Assembly (NCBI RefSeq): GCF_022846255.1 | Contig: NZ_AP025682.1 | Origin: Escherichia coli | GTDB taxonomy: Bacteria; Pseudomonadota; Gammaproteobacteria; Enterobacterales; Enterobacteriaceae | Length of the DNA stretch: 64,000 bases | Strand: one strand, 5' to 3' | Shown here: positions 21,463 through 31,977 of the stretch, one piece after another | Layout of the letters: every line of letters begins with the position of its first letter | How positions within the stretch are numbered: position 1 is the stretch's first letter | Made by a program: the position numbers and the translations under genes | The notes under the pieces: generated by a model | The model's input: only the letters and a program-made list of their open reading frames with translations | Told to the model about the DNA's origin: nothing | The model's database searches: none

Positions 21463-24400
21463 ATGGGTAAAGGCAGCAGTAAGGGGCATACCCCGCGCGA
21501 AGCGAAGGACAACCTGAAATCCACGCAGTTGCTGAGTGTGATTGATGCCATCAGTGAAGGGCCGGTTGAAGGTCCGGTGGATGGATTAAAAAGCGTGCTG
21601 CTGAACAGTACGCCGGTGCTGGACAGTGAGGGGAATACCAACATCTCCGGTGTCACGGTGGTGTTCCGGGCAGGTGAGCAGGAGCAGACACCGCCGGAGG
21701 GATTTGAATCCTCCGGTTCCGAGACGGTGCTGGGTACGGAAGTGAAATACGACACGCCGATCACCCGCACCATCACGTCGGCAAACATCGACCGTCTGCG
21801 CTTTACCTTCGGTGTGCAGGCACTGGTGGAAACCACCTCAAAGGGGGACAGGAATCCATCGGAAGTCCGCCTGCTGGTTCAGATACAACGTAACGGTGGC
21901 TGGGTGACGGAAAAAGACATCACCATTAAGGGCAAAACCACCTCGCAGTATCTGGCCTCGGTGGTGGTGGATAACCTGCCGCCGCGCCCGTTTAATATCC
22001 GGATGCGCAGGATGACGCCGGACAGCACCACAGACCAGCTGCAGAACAAAACGCTCTGGTCGTCATACACCGAAATCATCGATGTGAAACAGTGCTACCC
22101 GAACACGGCACTGGTCGGCGTGCAGGTGGATTCGGAGCAGTTCGGCAGCCAGCAGGTGAGCCGTAATTATCATCTGCGCGGGCGTATTCTGCAGGTGCCG
22201 TCGAACTATAACCCGCAGACGCGGCAATACAGCGGTATCTGGGACGGAACGTTTAAGCCAGCATACAGCAACAACATGGCCTGGTGTCTGTGGGATATGC
22301 TGACCCACCCGCGCTACGGCATGGGGAAACGTCTTGGTGCGGCAGATGTGGATAAATGGGCGCTGTATGTCATCGGCCAGTATTGCGACCAGTCAGTGCC
22401 GGACGGTTTTGGCGGCACGGAGCCGCGCATCACCTGTAATGCGTACCTGACCACACAGCGCAAGGCGTGGGATGTGCTCAGTGATTTCTGCTCGGCGATG
22501 CGCTGTATGCCGGTATGGAACGGGCAGACGCTGACGTTCGTGCAGGACCGACCGTCGGATAAGGTGTGGACCTATAACCGCAGTAATGTGGTGATGCCGG
22601 ATGATGGCGCGCCGTTCCGCTACAGCTTCAGCGCCCTGAAAGACCGCCATAATGCCGTTGAGGTGAACTGGATTGACCCGAACAACGGCTGGGAGACGGC
22701 GACAGAGCTTGTGGAGGACACGCAGGCCATTGCCCGTTACGGTCGTAACGTCACGAAGATGGATGCTTTTGGCTGTACCAGCCGGGGGCAGGCACACCGC
22801 GCCGGGCTGTGGCTGATTAAAACAGAACTGCTGGAAACGCAGACCGTGGACTTCAGCGTGGGCGCAGAAGGGCTTCGCCATGTGCCGGGCGATGTCATTG
22901 AAATCTGTGATGATGACTATGCCGGTATCAGCACCGGCGGGCGCGTGCTGGCGGTAAACAGCCAGACCCGGACGCTGACGCTCGACCGTGAAATCACGCT
23001 GCCATCCTCCGGCACCACGCTGATAAGCCTGGTTGACGGGCAGGGGAGTCCGGTCAGCGTGGAGGTCCAGTCCGTCACCGACGGTGTGAAGGTGAAAGTG
23101 AGCCGGGTTCCTGACGGAATAGCCGAATACAGCGTGTGGGGGCTGAAGCTGCCGACGCTGCGTCAGCGCCTGTTCCGCTGTGTGAGTATCCGTGAGAATG
23201 ATGACGGCACGTATGCCATCACCGCCGTGCAGCATGTACCGGAAAAAGAAGCCATCGTGGATAACGGGGCACACTTTGACGGCGACCGGAGCGGCACGGT
23301 GAATGGTGTCACGCCGCCAGCGGTGCAGCACCTGACCGCCGAAGTCATTGCAGACAGCGGGGAGTATCAGGTACTGGCCCGCTGGGACACGCCGAAGGTG
23401 GTGAAGGGCGTGAGCTTCCTGCTTCGCCTGACCGTGACAGCGGATGACGGCAGTGAGCGGCTGGTCAGCACGGCCCGGACGACGGAAACCACATACCGCT
23501 TCACACAACTGGCACCGGGGAACTACAGGCTGACAGTCCGGGCAGTAAATGCCCGGGGGCAGCAGGGAGACCCGGCGTCTGTATCGTTCCGGATTGCCGC
23601 ACCGGCAGCACCGTCGCGGATTGAGCTGACGCCGGGTTATTTTCAGATAACCGCCACGCCACATCTTGCGGTTTATGACCCGACGGTACAGTTTGAGTTC
23701 TGGTTTTCGGAAAAGCGGATTGCCGATATCCGGCAGGTTGAAACCACAGCGCGCTATCTTGGCACGGCGCTGTACTGGATAGCCGCCAGTATCAATATCA
23801 GGCCGGGCTATGATTATTATTTTTACGTTCGCAGTGTGAACACCGTTGGCAAATCTGCATTCGTGGAGGCTGTCGGTCAGGCGAGCGATGATGCGGAAGG
23901 TTACCTGGATTTTTTCAAAGGCAAGATAACCGAATCCCATCTCGGCAAGGAGCTGCTGGAAAAAGTCGAACTGACGGAGGGTAACGCCAGCAAACTGGAG
24001 GAGTTTTCGAAAGAGTGGAAGGACGCCATTGATAAATGGAATGCCATGTGGGGCGTCAAAATTGAGCAGACCAGAGACGGCAAACATTATGTCACGGGTA
24101 TTGGTCTCAGCATGGAGGACACGGTGAGCCAGTTTCTGGTTGCCGCTAACCGTATCGCGTTTATTGATCCGGCAAACGGGAATGAAACGCCGATGTTTGT
24201 GGCGCAGGGCAATCAGATATTCATGAACGACGTGTTCCTGAAACGCCTGACGGCCCCCACCATTACCAGTGGTGGAAATCCACCGGCATTTTCCCTGACA
24301 CCGGACGGAAAGCTGACTGCTAAAAATGCGGATATCAGTGGCAGTGTGAATGCGAACGCCGGGACGCTCAACAACGTCACGATAAATGAGAACTGTACGA

Positions 24401-24846
24401 TTAAAGGGAAACTGTCAGCCAATCAGATTGAAGGCGATATTGTCAAAACAGTGGGTAAGGCTTTCCCGCGGGATTCCCGTGCACCGGAGCAGTGGCCATC
24501 AGGGACCATTACCGTCAGAGTCTATGACGATCAGCCTTTTGACCGGCAAATTGTTATTCCCGCGGTGGCGTTTCGCGGAGCTAAACATGAGCGGGAGAAT
24601 AGCGATACTTATTCGTCATGCCGCCTGATAGTGAAGAAAAACGGTGCTGAAATTTATAACCGTACCGCACAGGATAGTACGCTGATTTATACAGGTGTTA
24701 TTGATATGCCTGCAGGCAGTGGCGTAATGACACTGGAGTTTTCTGTATCAGCATGGTGGGTAAATGGTTGGTATCCCACAGCAAGTATCAGCGATTTGCT
24801 GGTTGTGGTGATGAAGAAATCCACTGCAGGTATCACGATTAGCTGA
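21463..24846 (+). CDS. J: Central tail fibre / host-specificity protein gpJ (1127 aa) with a non-lambda C-terminal receptor-binding region
   Basis: Collinear with lambda J to about residue 980; after that the sequence is different and 5 aa shorter overall. Confidence 0.95.
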   Translation: MGKGSSKGHTPREAKDNLKSTQLLSVIDAISEGPVEGPVDGLKSVLLNSTPVLDSEGNTNISGVTVVFRAGEQEQTPPEGFESSGSETVLGTEVKYDTPITRTITSANIDRLRFTFGVQALVETTSKGDRNPSEVRLLVQIQRNGGWVTEKDITIKGKTTSQYLASVVVDNLPPRPFNIRMRRMTPDSTTDQLQNKTLWSSYTEIIDVKQCYPNTALVGVQVDSEQFGSQQVSRNYHLRGRILQVPSNYNPQTRQYSGIWDGTFKPAYSNNMAWCLWDMLTHPRYGMGKRLGAADVDKWALYVIGQYCDQSVPDGFGGTEPRITCNAYLTTQRKAWDVLSDFCSAMRCMPVWNGQTLTFVQDRPSDKVWTYNRSNVVMPDDGAPFRYSFSALKDRHNAVEVNWIDPNNGWETATELVEDTQAIARYGRNVTKMDAFGCTSRGQAHRAGLWLIKTELLETQTVDFSVGAEGLRHVPGDVIEICDDDYAGISTGGRVLAVNSQTRTLTLDREITLPSSGTTLISLVDGQGSPVSVEVQSVTDGVKVKVSRVPDGIAEYSVWGLKLPTLRQRLFRCVSIRENDDGTYAITAVQHVPEKEAIVDNGAHFDGDRSGTVNGVTPPAVQHLTAEVIADSGEYQVLARWDTPKVVKGVSFLLRLTVTADDGSERLVSTARTTETTYRFTQLAPGNYRLTVRAVNARGQQGDPASVSFRIAAPAAPSRIELTPGYFQITATPHLAVYDPTVQFEFWFSEKRIADIRQVETTARYLGTALYWIAASINIRPGYDYYFYVRSVNTVGKSAFVEAVGQASDDAEGYLDFFKGKITESHLGKELLEKVELTEGNASKLEEFSKEWKDAIDKWNAMWGVKIEQTRDGKHYVTGIGLSMEDTVSQFLVAANRIAFIDPANGNETPMFVAQGNQIFMNDVFLKRLTAPTITSGGNPPAFSLTPDGKLTAKNADISGSVNANAGTLNNVTINENCTIKGKLSANQIEGDIVKTVGKAFPRDSRAPEQWPSGTITVRVYDDQPFDRQIVIPAVAFRGAKHERENSDTYSSCRLIVKKNGAEIYNRTAQDSTLIYTGVIDMPAGSGVMTLEFSVSAWWVNGWYPTASISDLLVVVMKKSTAGITIS

Positions 24847-24865
24847 ATTTTATAACCCATATACG

Positions 24866-24889
24866 GGCGCCAGAAATGGCGCCTTTTTT
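24866..24889 (+). terminator. Rho-independent terminator after J
   Basis: GGCGCC-AGAAAT-GGCGCC followed by TTTTTT. Confidence 0.8.
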
Positions 24890-24913
24890 ATTGCAGAAAA
24901 GCGAGAGGTAATT

Positions 24914-25513
24914 ATGCGTAAAGTTTGTGCCGCCATTTTGTCCGCCGCCATCTGTCTGGTCGTATCCGGTGCGCCTGCATGGGCATCTGAGCAGCAGGCC
25001 ACGCTGAGCGCGGGGTATCTTCATGCCCGGACGACCGCTCCCGGTAGCGATAATCTGAACGGGATTAACGTGAAATACCGTTATGAATTTACGGACACGC
25101 TGGGGCTGATTACGTCCTTCAGTTATGCCGACGCCGAAGATGAACATAAAACGCATTACAGCGATACCCGCTGGCATGAAGATTCCGTGCGTAACCGCTG
25201 GTTCAGCGTAATGGCGGGGCCGTCTGTGCGTGTGAATGAATGGTTCAGTGCGTATGCGATGGGGGGTGTGGCTTACAGCCGTGTGTCGACTTTTTCCGGG
25301 GATTATCTCCGCGTAACTGACAACACGGGGAAAACGCACGATGTGCTGACCGGAAGTGATGACGGTCGCCACAGCAACACGTCTCTGGCGTGGGGGGCTG
25401 GCGTGCAGTTTAACCCGACCGAATCCGTGGCCATTGATATTGCTTATGAAGGCTCCGGCAGTGGTGACTGGCGCACTGACGGTTTCATCGTGGGTGTCGG
25501 TTATAAATTCTGA
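24914..25513 (+). CDS. lom: Lom/Ail-family outer-membrane protein (199 aa)
   Basis: Signal peptide, then beta-barrel repeats ending GFIVGVGYKF. Flanked by terminators, the classic lom moron. Confidence 0.92.
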   Translation: MRKVCAAILSAAICLVVSGAPAWASEQQATLSAGYLHARTTAPGSDNLNGINVKYRYEFTDTLGLITSFSYADAEDEHKTHYSDTRWHEDSVRNRWFSVMAGPSVRVNEWFSAYAMGGVAYSRVSTFSGDYLRVTDNTGKTHDVLTGSDDGRHSNTSLAWGAGVQFNPTESVAIDIAYEGSGSGDWRTDGFIVGVGYKF

Positions 25514-25540
25514 TTAGCCAGGTAACACAGTGTTATGACA

Positions 25541-25566
25541 GCCCGCCGGTTCAGGCGGGCTTTTTT
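25541..25566 (+). terminator. Rho-independent terminator after lom
   Basis: GCCCGCC-GGTTCAG-GGCGGGC followed by TTTTTT. Confidence 0.8.
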
Positions 25567-25577
25567 GTGGGGTGAAT

Positions 25578-28406
25578 ATGGCAGTAAAGATTTCAGGTGT
25601 CCTGAAAGACGGCACAGGAAAACCGGTACAGAACTGCACCATTCAACTGAAAGCCAGACGTAACAGCACCACGGTGGTGGTGAACACGGTGGCCTCTGAA
25701 AATCCGGATGAAGCCGGGCGTTACAGCATGGACGTTGAGTACGGTCAGTACAGCGTTATTCTGTTGGTGGAGGGGTTCCCGCCATCACATGCCGGGACTA
25801 TCACCGTGTATGAAGATTCTCAACCCGGTACGCTGAATGATTTTCTCGGTGCCATGACGGAGGATGATGCCCGTCCGGAGGCACTGCGCCGTTTTGAAGT
25901 GATGGTGGAAGAGGTGGCGCGTAACGCGTCCGCAGTGGCACAGAACACGGCAGCCGCGAAGAAGTCAGCCGGCGATGCCAGCACATCAGCCCGTGAGGCG
26001 GCAACCCATGCGACTGATGCTGCAGACTCAGCACGCGCAGCCAGCACGTCAGCCGGACAGGCCGTGTCGTCGGCTCAGTCAGCGTCTTCCAGCGCAGGAA
26101 CGGCATCAGCAAAGGCCACTGAAGCATCAAAAAGTGCTGCCGCTGCAGAGTCCTCAAAAAGCGCGGCGGCCACCAGTGCCGGTGCGGCAAAAACGTCAGA
26201 AACGAATGCTTCAGCGTCACAACAATCAGCAGCCACTTCTGCATCCACCGCGACTACGAAAGCGTCAGAAGCTGCCACCTCAGCCCGGGATGCGGCGGCC
26301 TCAAAAGAGGCAGCGAAATCATCAGAAACGAACGCATCCTCGAGCGCCAGTAGTTCCGCTTCCTCGGCAACGGCGGCAGGAAATTCCGCGAAGGCGGCAA
26401 AAACGTCCGAGACGAACGCCAGGTCTTCTGAGACGGCAGCGGGACAGAGCGCCTCAGCTGCGGCAGGCTCAAAAACAGCGGCTGCATCATCTGCCAGTGC
26501 CGCGTCAACAAGTGCCGGGCAGGCCTCAGCCAGTGCCACTGCCGCCGGAAAATCGGCAGAAAGCGCTGCATTGTCCGCTTCAACAGCCACAACGAAGGCT
26601 GGCGAAGCCGCTGAACAGGCCAGCGCAGCAGCGAGGTCTGCTTCCGCAGCGAAGACATCCGAAACGAACGCGAAAGCGTCGGAAACCAGCGCAGAATCCT
26701 CAAAAACGGCAGCCGCATCGTCCGCCAGTGCGGCGGCGTCATCGGCATCATCTGCGTCTGCTTCAAAAGATGAGGCGACCAGACAGGCGTCAGCAGCGAA
26801 GGACAGTGCCACGACGGCATCCACGAAGGCGACAGAGGCTGCTGGCAGTGCGACGGCGGCAGCACAGAGCAAAAGTACGGCAGAATCCGCCGCAACGCGC
26901 GCTGAGACAGCAGCAAAACGGGCAGAGGATATTGCATCCGCCGTGGCGCTTGAGGATGCAAGCACGACGAAAAAGGGGGTAGTACAGCTCAGCAGTGCGA
27001 CCAACAGCACTTCCGAGTCACTGGCGGCAACGCCAAAAGCCGTTAAGGCCGCGTATGACCTGGCTAACGGGAAATATACCGCTCAGGACGCTACGACAGC
27101 ACAAAAAGGAATTGTCCAGCTCAGTAGTGCAACCAACAGCGCATCTGAAACGCTTGCTGCGACATCGAAAGCAGTGAAAGCAGCTAATGACAATGCGAAT
27201 GGTCGGGTACCTTCTGCCCGTAAGGTGAATGGTAAGGCGCTTTCAGCGGATATAACACTGACACCGAAAGATATTGGTACGCTTAACTCAACAACTATGT
27301 CATTCAGCGGTGGTGCTGGTTGGTTCAAATTAGCAACGGTAACCATGCCGCAGGCGAGTTCTGTTGTTTCAATTACGTTGATTGGTGGGGCTGGATATAA
27401 CGTCGGTTCACCTCAACAGGCAGGTATATCTGAACTTGTTTTGCGTGCAGGTAATGGTAATCCGAAGGGGATTACTGGTGCTTTATGGCAGCGCACATCG
27501 GCAGGGTTTACAAATTTTGCCTGGGTCAATACATCTGGTGATACTTACGATATTTACGTTGCAATCGGAAATTATGCGACTGGTGTAAATATTCAATGGG
27601 ATTATACCAGTAATGCCAGCGTAACGATTCATACGTCACCAGCATATTCTGCTAATAAGCCGGAAGGGTTAACGGACGGTACAGTTTATTCACTCTATAC
27701 GCCATCAGAGCAGTTTTATCCGCCTGGCGCACCAATCCCGTGGCCATCGGATACCGTTCCGTCTGGTTATGCCCTGATGCAGGGGCAGACTTTTGACAAA
27801 TCTGCCTACCCGAAACTTGCAGTCGCTTATCCGTCAGGCGTGATCCCTGATATGCGTGGCTGGACGATTAAGGGCAAGCCCGCCAGTGGTCGTGCCGTAT
27901 TGTCTCAGGAGCAGGACGGCATTAAATCGCACACCCACAGCGCCAGCGCATCCAGTACGGATATGGGTACGAAAACCACATCGTCGTTTGATTACGGCAC
28001 TAAATCCACGAATAACACCGGGGCGCATACGCACAGTCTGAGCGGCTCTACAAGCTCGGCCGGAGCACACTCGCACGTTGATGGTCGCAGGTTTAATACA
28101 AGCACTTTTAAAGACACCTATCAGTATGGTTCTACAGCTGTCGGAAGTAACTCATACCAGGTACAAGGGGCGGTTGGTCTGGGCATTGGCACGATGGCGA
28201 ATACGAACTCTGCTGGCGCGCATACCCACTCACTGTCCGGCACTGCTGCAAGCGCAGGTGCACACGCACATACTGTCGGTATTGGTGCTCATACGCACTC
28301 CGTTGCGATTGGCTCACATGGACACACCATCACCGTTAACGCTGCTGGTAACGCGGAAAACACCGTCAAAAACATCGCATTTAACTATATTGTGAGGCTT
28401 GCATAA
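25578..28406 (+). CDS. stf: Side tail fibre Stf (942 aa), mosaic
   Basis: The N-terminus [32 protein letters not shown] and the C-terminus ...[18 protein letters not shown] match lambda Stf. It has a long Ala/Ser-rich repeat, two tandem KKG(V/I)VQLSSATNS repeats and a middle domain that is not lambda's. Confidence 0.93.
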   Translation: MAVKISGVLKDGTGKPVQNCTIQLKARRNSTTVVVNTVASENPDEAGRYSMDVEYGQYSVILLVEGFPPSHAGTITVYEDSQPGTLNDFLGAMTEDDARPEALRRFEVMVEEVARNASAVAQNTAAAKKSAGDASTSAREAATHATDAADSARAASTSAGQAVSSAQSASSSAGTASAKATEASKSAAAAESSKSAAATSAGAAKTSETNASASQQSAATSASTATTKASEAATSARDAAASKEAAKSSETNASSSASSSASSATAAGNSAKAAKTSETNARSSETAAGQSASAAAGSKTAAASSASAASTSAGQASASATAAGKSAESAALSASTATTKAGEAAEQASAAARSASAAKTSETNAKASETSAESSKTAAASSASAAASSASSASASKDEATRQASAAKDSATTASTKATEAAGSATAAAQSKSTAESAATRAETAAKRAEDIASAVALEDASTTKKGVVQLSSATNSTSESLAATPKAVKAAYDLANGKYTAQDATTAQKGIVQLSSATNSASETLAATSKAVKAANDNANGRVPSARKVNGKALSADITLTPKDIGTLNSTTMSFSGGAGWFKLATVTMPQASSVVSITLIGGAGYNVGSPQQAGISELVLRAGNGNPKGITGALWQRTSAGFTNFAWVNTSGDTYDIYVAIGNYATGVNIQWDYTSNASVTIHTSPAYSANKPEGLTDGTVYSLYTPSEQFYPPGAPIPWPSDTVPSGYALMQGQTFDKSAYPKLAVAYPSGVIPDMRGWTIKGKPASGRAVLSQEQDGIKSHTHSASASSTDMGTKTTSSFDYGTKSTNNTGAHTHSLSGSTSSAGAHSHVDGRRFNTSTFKDTYQYGSTAVGSNSYQVQGAVGLGIGTMANTNSAGAHTHSLSGTAASAGAHAHTVGIGAHTHSVAIGSHGHTITVNAAGNAENTVKNIAFNYIVRLA

Positions 28407-28990
28407 TGGCATTCAGAATGAGTGAACAAGCACGGACCATAAAAATTTATAATCTGCTGGCCGGAACTAATGAATTTATTGGTGAAGGTGACGCATATAT
28501 TCCGCCTCATACAGGTCTGCCAGCAAACAGTACCGATATTGCACCACCAGATATTCCTGCTGGCTTTGTGGCTGTTTTCAACAGTGATGAGGCATCGTGG
28601 CATCTCGTTGAAGACCATCGGGGTAAAACGGTTTATGACGTAGCGTCAGGGGACGAGTTATTTATTTCTGAACTCGGTCCGTTACCGGAAAATGTTACCT
28701 GGTTATCGCCGGAAGGGGAGTTTCAGAAGTGGAACGGCACAGCCTGGGTGAAAGATGCAGAAGCAGAAAAACTGTTCCGGATCCGGGAGGCGGAAGAAAC
28801 AAAAAACAGCCTGATGCAGGTAGCCAGTGAGCATATTGCGCCACTTCAGGATGCTGTAGATCTGGAAATCGCAACGGAGGAAGAAACCTCATTGCTGGAA
28901 GCCTGGAAAAAGTATCGGGTGTTGCTGAACCGTGTTGATACATCAACTGCACCTGATATTGAGTGGCCTACGAACCCTGTCAGGGAGTAA
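28406..28990 (+). CDS. tfa: Tail fibre assembly protein Tfa (194 aa)
   Basis: [44 protein letters not shown]... matches lambda Tfa. Confidence 0.95.
   Translation: MAFRMSEQARTIKIYNLLAGTNEFIGEGDAYIPPHTGLPANSTDIAPPDIPAGFVAVFNSDEASWHLVEDHRGKTVYDVASGDELFISELGPLPENVTWLSPEGEFQKWNGTAWVKDAEAEKLFRIREAEETKNSLMQVASEHIAPLQDAVDLEIATEEETSLLEAWKKYRVLLNRVDTSTAPDIEWPTNPVRE
28825..28968 (+). repeat. Direct repeat copy 1 (144 bp, tfa 3' end)
   Basis: Aligns without gaps to 29874-30017 with about a dozen mismatches. Confidence 0.9.
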
Positions 28991-29004
28991 TCATTGGGAT
29001 TATG

Positions 29005-29037
29005 CCGCAGCACGTCTTAAGCAAGAACGTGCTGCGG
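29005..29037. terminator. 11-bp perfect hairpin between convergent tfa and the methyltransferase gene
   Basis: CCGCAGCACGT-loop-ACGTGCTGCGG; a related hairpin recurs at 30054-30088. Confidence 0.6.
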
Positions 29038-29044
29038 TTGGATG

Positions 29045-29713
29045 CTATTTTTTCCCTGAAGCGGAAAACATTACTACAGTACCTTGAACCTTGGTTTTAA
29101 CATTCTCGAAATGCTCTGAGAGTATATGTGTTAAGCCTTCTTCGGAATCTTTTGTGTTTGAAAAGATGCCTTTCTGATTGTAAATGCGCATCAGTTTTTG
29201 ACCGAAGCTATTGTGCACAACTCCATCGCCAAGAATTGTGGCTCCGTATAGAGTTCCATCGTCAGTTAAGGCCTGCGCCGCATTGCGTATTACACAGCTT
29301 TTTGTAGATATATTTCCAGGCAGACAGTGAAGAAGGTAAAACATGGAAATGGAATCAAATTGACCATGTAACGCCGCGGGATAAGGTTCAAAAACATCAT
29401 GGTTAATTTTATGTTTAATTTTTGATTCCCCAGCCCTTGTAGATGCCGCGTTCAGGCTAGCTTCGTTCAAATCCATTAAAGATATCAGACTACTCTCAGG
29501 TACGTGAGTAAGGTAAAACCCAGTTCCAACACCAATATCCAGATGGTTGTTACCTAAATGTTCCAGAAAGTGTGGAAGAAGGTGTTCCTTTGTAGGACAT
29601 CCCCATGCAAGCCGATTTGATACTCCCAAAACCCACCAGTCATAAAGCTTTAGGGTAAGTGGTGTGTAAATTTTAGCCCCATCATCTGTGTTTTTTTTCA
29701 TTAATTTCACCAT
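29045..29713 (-). CDS. Class I SAM-dependent methyltransferase, small-molecule type (222 aa; alternative start at 29701)
   Basis: Motif I HLDIGVGTGFYL, post-I LMDLN, motif II FDSISMFYLLHCLP, motif III LTDDGTLYGATI. No DPPY/NPPY or PCQ DNA-methyltransferase motifs. The second ATG has the better GGTGA RBS. Confidence 0.8.
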   Translation of the reverse strand: MVKLMKKNTDDGAKIYTPLTLKLYDWWVLGVSNRLAWGCPTKEHLLPHFLEHLGNNHLDIGVGTGFYLTHVPESSLISLMDLNEASLNAASTRAGESKIKHKINHDVFEPYPAALHGQFDSISMFYLLHCLPGNISTKSCVIRNAAQALTDDGTLYGATILGDGVVHNSFGQKLMRIYNQKGIFSNTKDSEEGLTHILSEHFENVKTKVQGTVVMFSASGKK

Positions 29714-29769
29714 GTTATAGTTTTATTTGTGAATTAAATCAATTATGGCGATGAATTACAAGGGGTTAA

Positions 29770-30039
29770 ATGCTGCCGCAGCATAGCGATATTGAAATAG
29801 CCTGGTATGCTTCGATACAGCAGGAGCCGAATGGCTGGAAGACCGTCACCACACAGTTCTACATCCAGGAATTCAGTGAGTATATTGCGCCACTGCAGGA
29901 TGCTGTAGATCTGGAAATCGCAACGGAGGAAGAAAGATCGTTGCTGGAGGCATGGAATAAATATCGGGTGTTGCTGAACCGTGTTGATACATCAACTGCA
30001 CCTGATATTGAGTGGCCGGAAGAACCAGACACAATGTAA
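29770..30039 (+). CDS. Chimeric Tfa C-terminal fragment (89 aa)
   Basis: AAGGGG RBS precedes the ATG. The last ~50 aa ([35 protein letters not shown]) duplicate the Tfa C-terminus; the first ~37 aa are unrelated. Confidence 0.5.
   Translation: MLPQHSDIEIAWYASIQQEPNGWKTVTTQFYIQEFSEYIAPLQDAVDLEIATEEERSLLEAWNKYRVLLNRVDTSTAPDIEWPEEPDTM
29874..30017 (+). repeat. Direct repeat copy 2 (144 bp, inside the tfa-fragment ORF)
   Basis: Aligns to 28825-28968; the two copies bracket the methyltransferase gene. Confidence 0.9.
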
Positions 30040-30376
30040 GCGAAAAAGAAAAACCGCAGACACGACGTATGCAGGACGTGCTGCGGTTGGCTGGTGAACT
30101 TTCGATAGTGCGAGTATTGAATGATTTCCAGCCGTTACCGATTTTACGTATTTTTTGTATGGGAGGATTTGCATCTCCTCCCACCGATCCTCCATGACTT
30201 TACGCCACAGTCTCTAGGACTGCTATGTGCCAATAGCAGACATCCACACAATTATGTAAAATAGGCTAGTGAGTCAGCATTCATGTAGTTCAGACCATCT
30301 ATAGCTGAAATCACGATCGCTTAACAGTGATTCACTCATAACTGCTAGCGAGCAATGTTCTTGTTTGAACCTCAAA

Positions 30377-30405
30377 TTGAAACCACAAAATCGAAAGGTT
30401 AAATA
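30377..30405 (+). promoter_or_regulatory. Candidate sigma70 promoter of the 479-aa cargo gene
   Basis: TTGAAA, a 17-nt spacer, then TAAATA. A GAAGG SD lies at 30422-30426, 7 nt before ATG 30434. Confidence 0.4.
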
Positions 30406-30433
30406 ATCGATTATCCAAATAGAAGGCAATTCA

Positions 30434-31873
30434 ATGGGAAATCACGATTTTATTAAATATATTATATTATTTGGCTTGTCTGGGATAATGTTGGCTATGC
30501 TAGTGCTCTTTATTTCCTCTGTAGCATATTATTTTTTCACCCATAATAAAGGAGTTCTTCAGTATATAATTAAAACTATTTCCATAGGCCTTGTAACTAT
30601 TCCAGTCGCAATAATACTAATCGTTGCACTCGTCCATTATGTTGTCTGGCAAAAAGGGATTTCAACGGCATGGCGTTTTATATTCCACTCGACTAAAACA
30701 ACAACCGTGAATGATATTGCTAATGCTGAATCAGAAGATGTTATTGTTCACCTTGTTCATGGAACATTCGAGACGAATGCATCTTGGACACAACCTGAGT
30801 CAAAAATGTGCAAATCAATTAACTCAAGGAATCCCAATATTGGTATATCTCGATTTAAATGGGATGGCAAAAACTCTGCATCCTCTCGTAAACAAGCGGC
30901 ATATCAATTAGGAATGCATATTGATAACTCTCCTGCAAAATACAATTATATTATTGCACATAGCCATGGGGCAGCTATTGTAAGAGAAATGTCTTATTTA
31001 CGAAGTGATATTGCAAAAAAAATTCAAGGCGTATGTCTTTTGTCACCACCGTTCATCTTTCGACGTAGGATAAAAAGAACGTCAGGTACTTTAATTAATC
31101 TTATTGATATTAGCGGAACTTTGGCCATTCAATTGTTACTTGCAGCACTTTTTGTACCTTTGAATCTATATAATATTAATTATGCAGCAGTAATTTTTTT
31201 TGTTTCAATATTTGCAGAAATTATAATCTCCAAAAAATATAAAAAAGAATTTTTGCAGGAAGTTGAGAGTGGCGAGCACTGTGAAGCGGTTGATTTTAGG
31301 AATGTTGAAATTTATCACGCAATTGGTGATGAAGCCGATTCAGGCCTAAGATTTGTAAGTTCACTTCACGAAGGATGTTTTTCAATTCTTTCCCAGCTAA
31401 AAAAAGCTCAAGTAAGTCATAAAAAGCTAACACATTGGTCAGCAGTTTTAAGCTACCTATTTTATATTTCCATGAGTGTATTAATATGGTTCTTCTATCC
31501 TGAAGAAAAATCATGGATTATAGTATTATTAGTAAGCTTTGTATTAACTTCTATTTCTCACATTTGGCAAAGGTTGAAACCATCAAAGGATGTTCCTCAT
31601 GTTTTACTTATTGCAGCAATACCAGTTGCGATTTTTTCATTTTGGTTGGCTGTAGCTAAGGCCATAGCTTATGGAGATTTGCGATTAATATTTTGCCCGG
31701 AAGTTTTTATTGCATCATCTGAAACTCCAGCTGGAGATCATAAAGTTATTAAATTTGCTCCACAGAATGATGGTATATTAATACACTCAACACACTCGCA
31801 TCCGGAGGCTATAATTAATGTTTCTGAATGGTTATATTGCTCTGAGAATAAAAGGGTAAATGGTGAACCATAG
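30434..31873 (+). CDS. Polytopic membrane protein with alpha/beta-hydrolase (lipase/esterase-like) serine-hydrolase motifs (479 aa); function unknown
   Basis: About 7 hydrophobic helices. Motifs VIVHLVHGTF (HG), IIAHSHGAAIV (nucleophile elbow), VEIYHAIGDEAD (acid strand) and a His-rich tail HSTHSHPE. AT-rich, with its own promoter/SD and downstream hairpins. Confidence 0.75.
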   Translation: MGNHDFIKYIILFGLSGIMLAMLVLFISSVAYYFFTHNKGVLQYIIKTISIGLVTIPVAIILIVALVHYVVWQKGISTAWRFIFHSTKTTTVNDIANAESEDVIVHLVHGTFETNASWTQPESKMCKSINSRNPNIGISRFKWDGKNSASSRKQAAYQLGMHIDNSPAKYNYIIAHSHGAAIVREMSYLRSDIAKKIQGVCLLSPPFIFRRRIKRTSGTLINLIDISGTLAIQLLLAALFVPLNLYNINYAAVIFFVSIFAEIIISKKYKKEFLQEVESGEHCEAVDFRNVEIYHAIGDEADSGLRFVSSLHEGCFSILSQLKKAQVSHKKLTHWSAVLSYLFYISMSVLIWFFYPEEKSWIIVLLVSFVLTSISHIWQRLKPSKDVPHVLLIAAIPVAIFSFWLAVAKAIAYGDLRLIFCPEVFIASSETPAGDHKVIKFAPQNDGILIHSTHSHPEAIINVSEWLYCSENKRVNGEP

Positions 31874-31910
31874 ATTAATATAACCACCATAAATTAATTT
31901 GTAATATACT

Positions 31911-31931
31911 TCCCTGCTAAATTCGCAGGGG
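31911..31931 (+). terminator. Weak hairpin downstream of the cargo gene
   Basis: CCCTGC-TAAATTC-GCAGGG with no clear T tract. Confidence 0.3.
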
Positions 31932-31943
31932 AGTATAAAAATA

Positions 31944-31977
31944 TACTAACTCAGTGGAGTCTTGTGCTGAGTTAGTA
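31944..31977. other. 11-bp perfect-stem hairpin (12-nt loop) of unknown role
   Basis: TACTAACTCAG-TGGAGTCTTGTG-CTGAGTTAGTA with no T tract on either strand. Confidence 0.5.

Noticed and set aside
22393-24087. 564-aa ORF antisense to J
   Set aside because: It lies entirely within the well-supported J gene and has no RBS. Its Arg/Pro/His-rich composition is typical of antisense frames in GC-rich coding DNA.
25801-27010. Cluster of long overlapping ORFs in several frames and on both strands (e.g. 25975..26982 +, 26075..27010 -, 26254..26961 -)
   Set aside because: They all lie inside the Ala/Ser-rich periodic repeat of stf, where the biased, stop-poor sequence keeps every frame open. The stf frame is the one continuous with lambda-like N- and C-termini.
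30012-30197. 61-aa and 67-aa ORFs across the J2 junction segment
   Set aside because: They span a terminator hairpin and non-coding DNA homologous to lambda intergenic sequence, and have no RBS.
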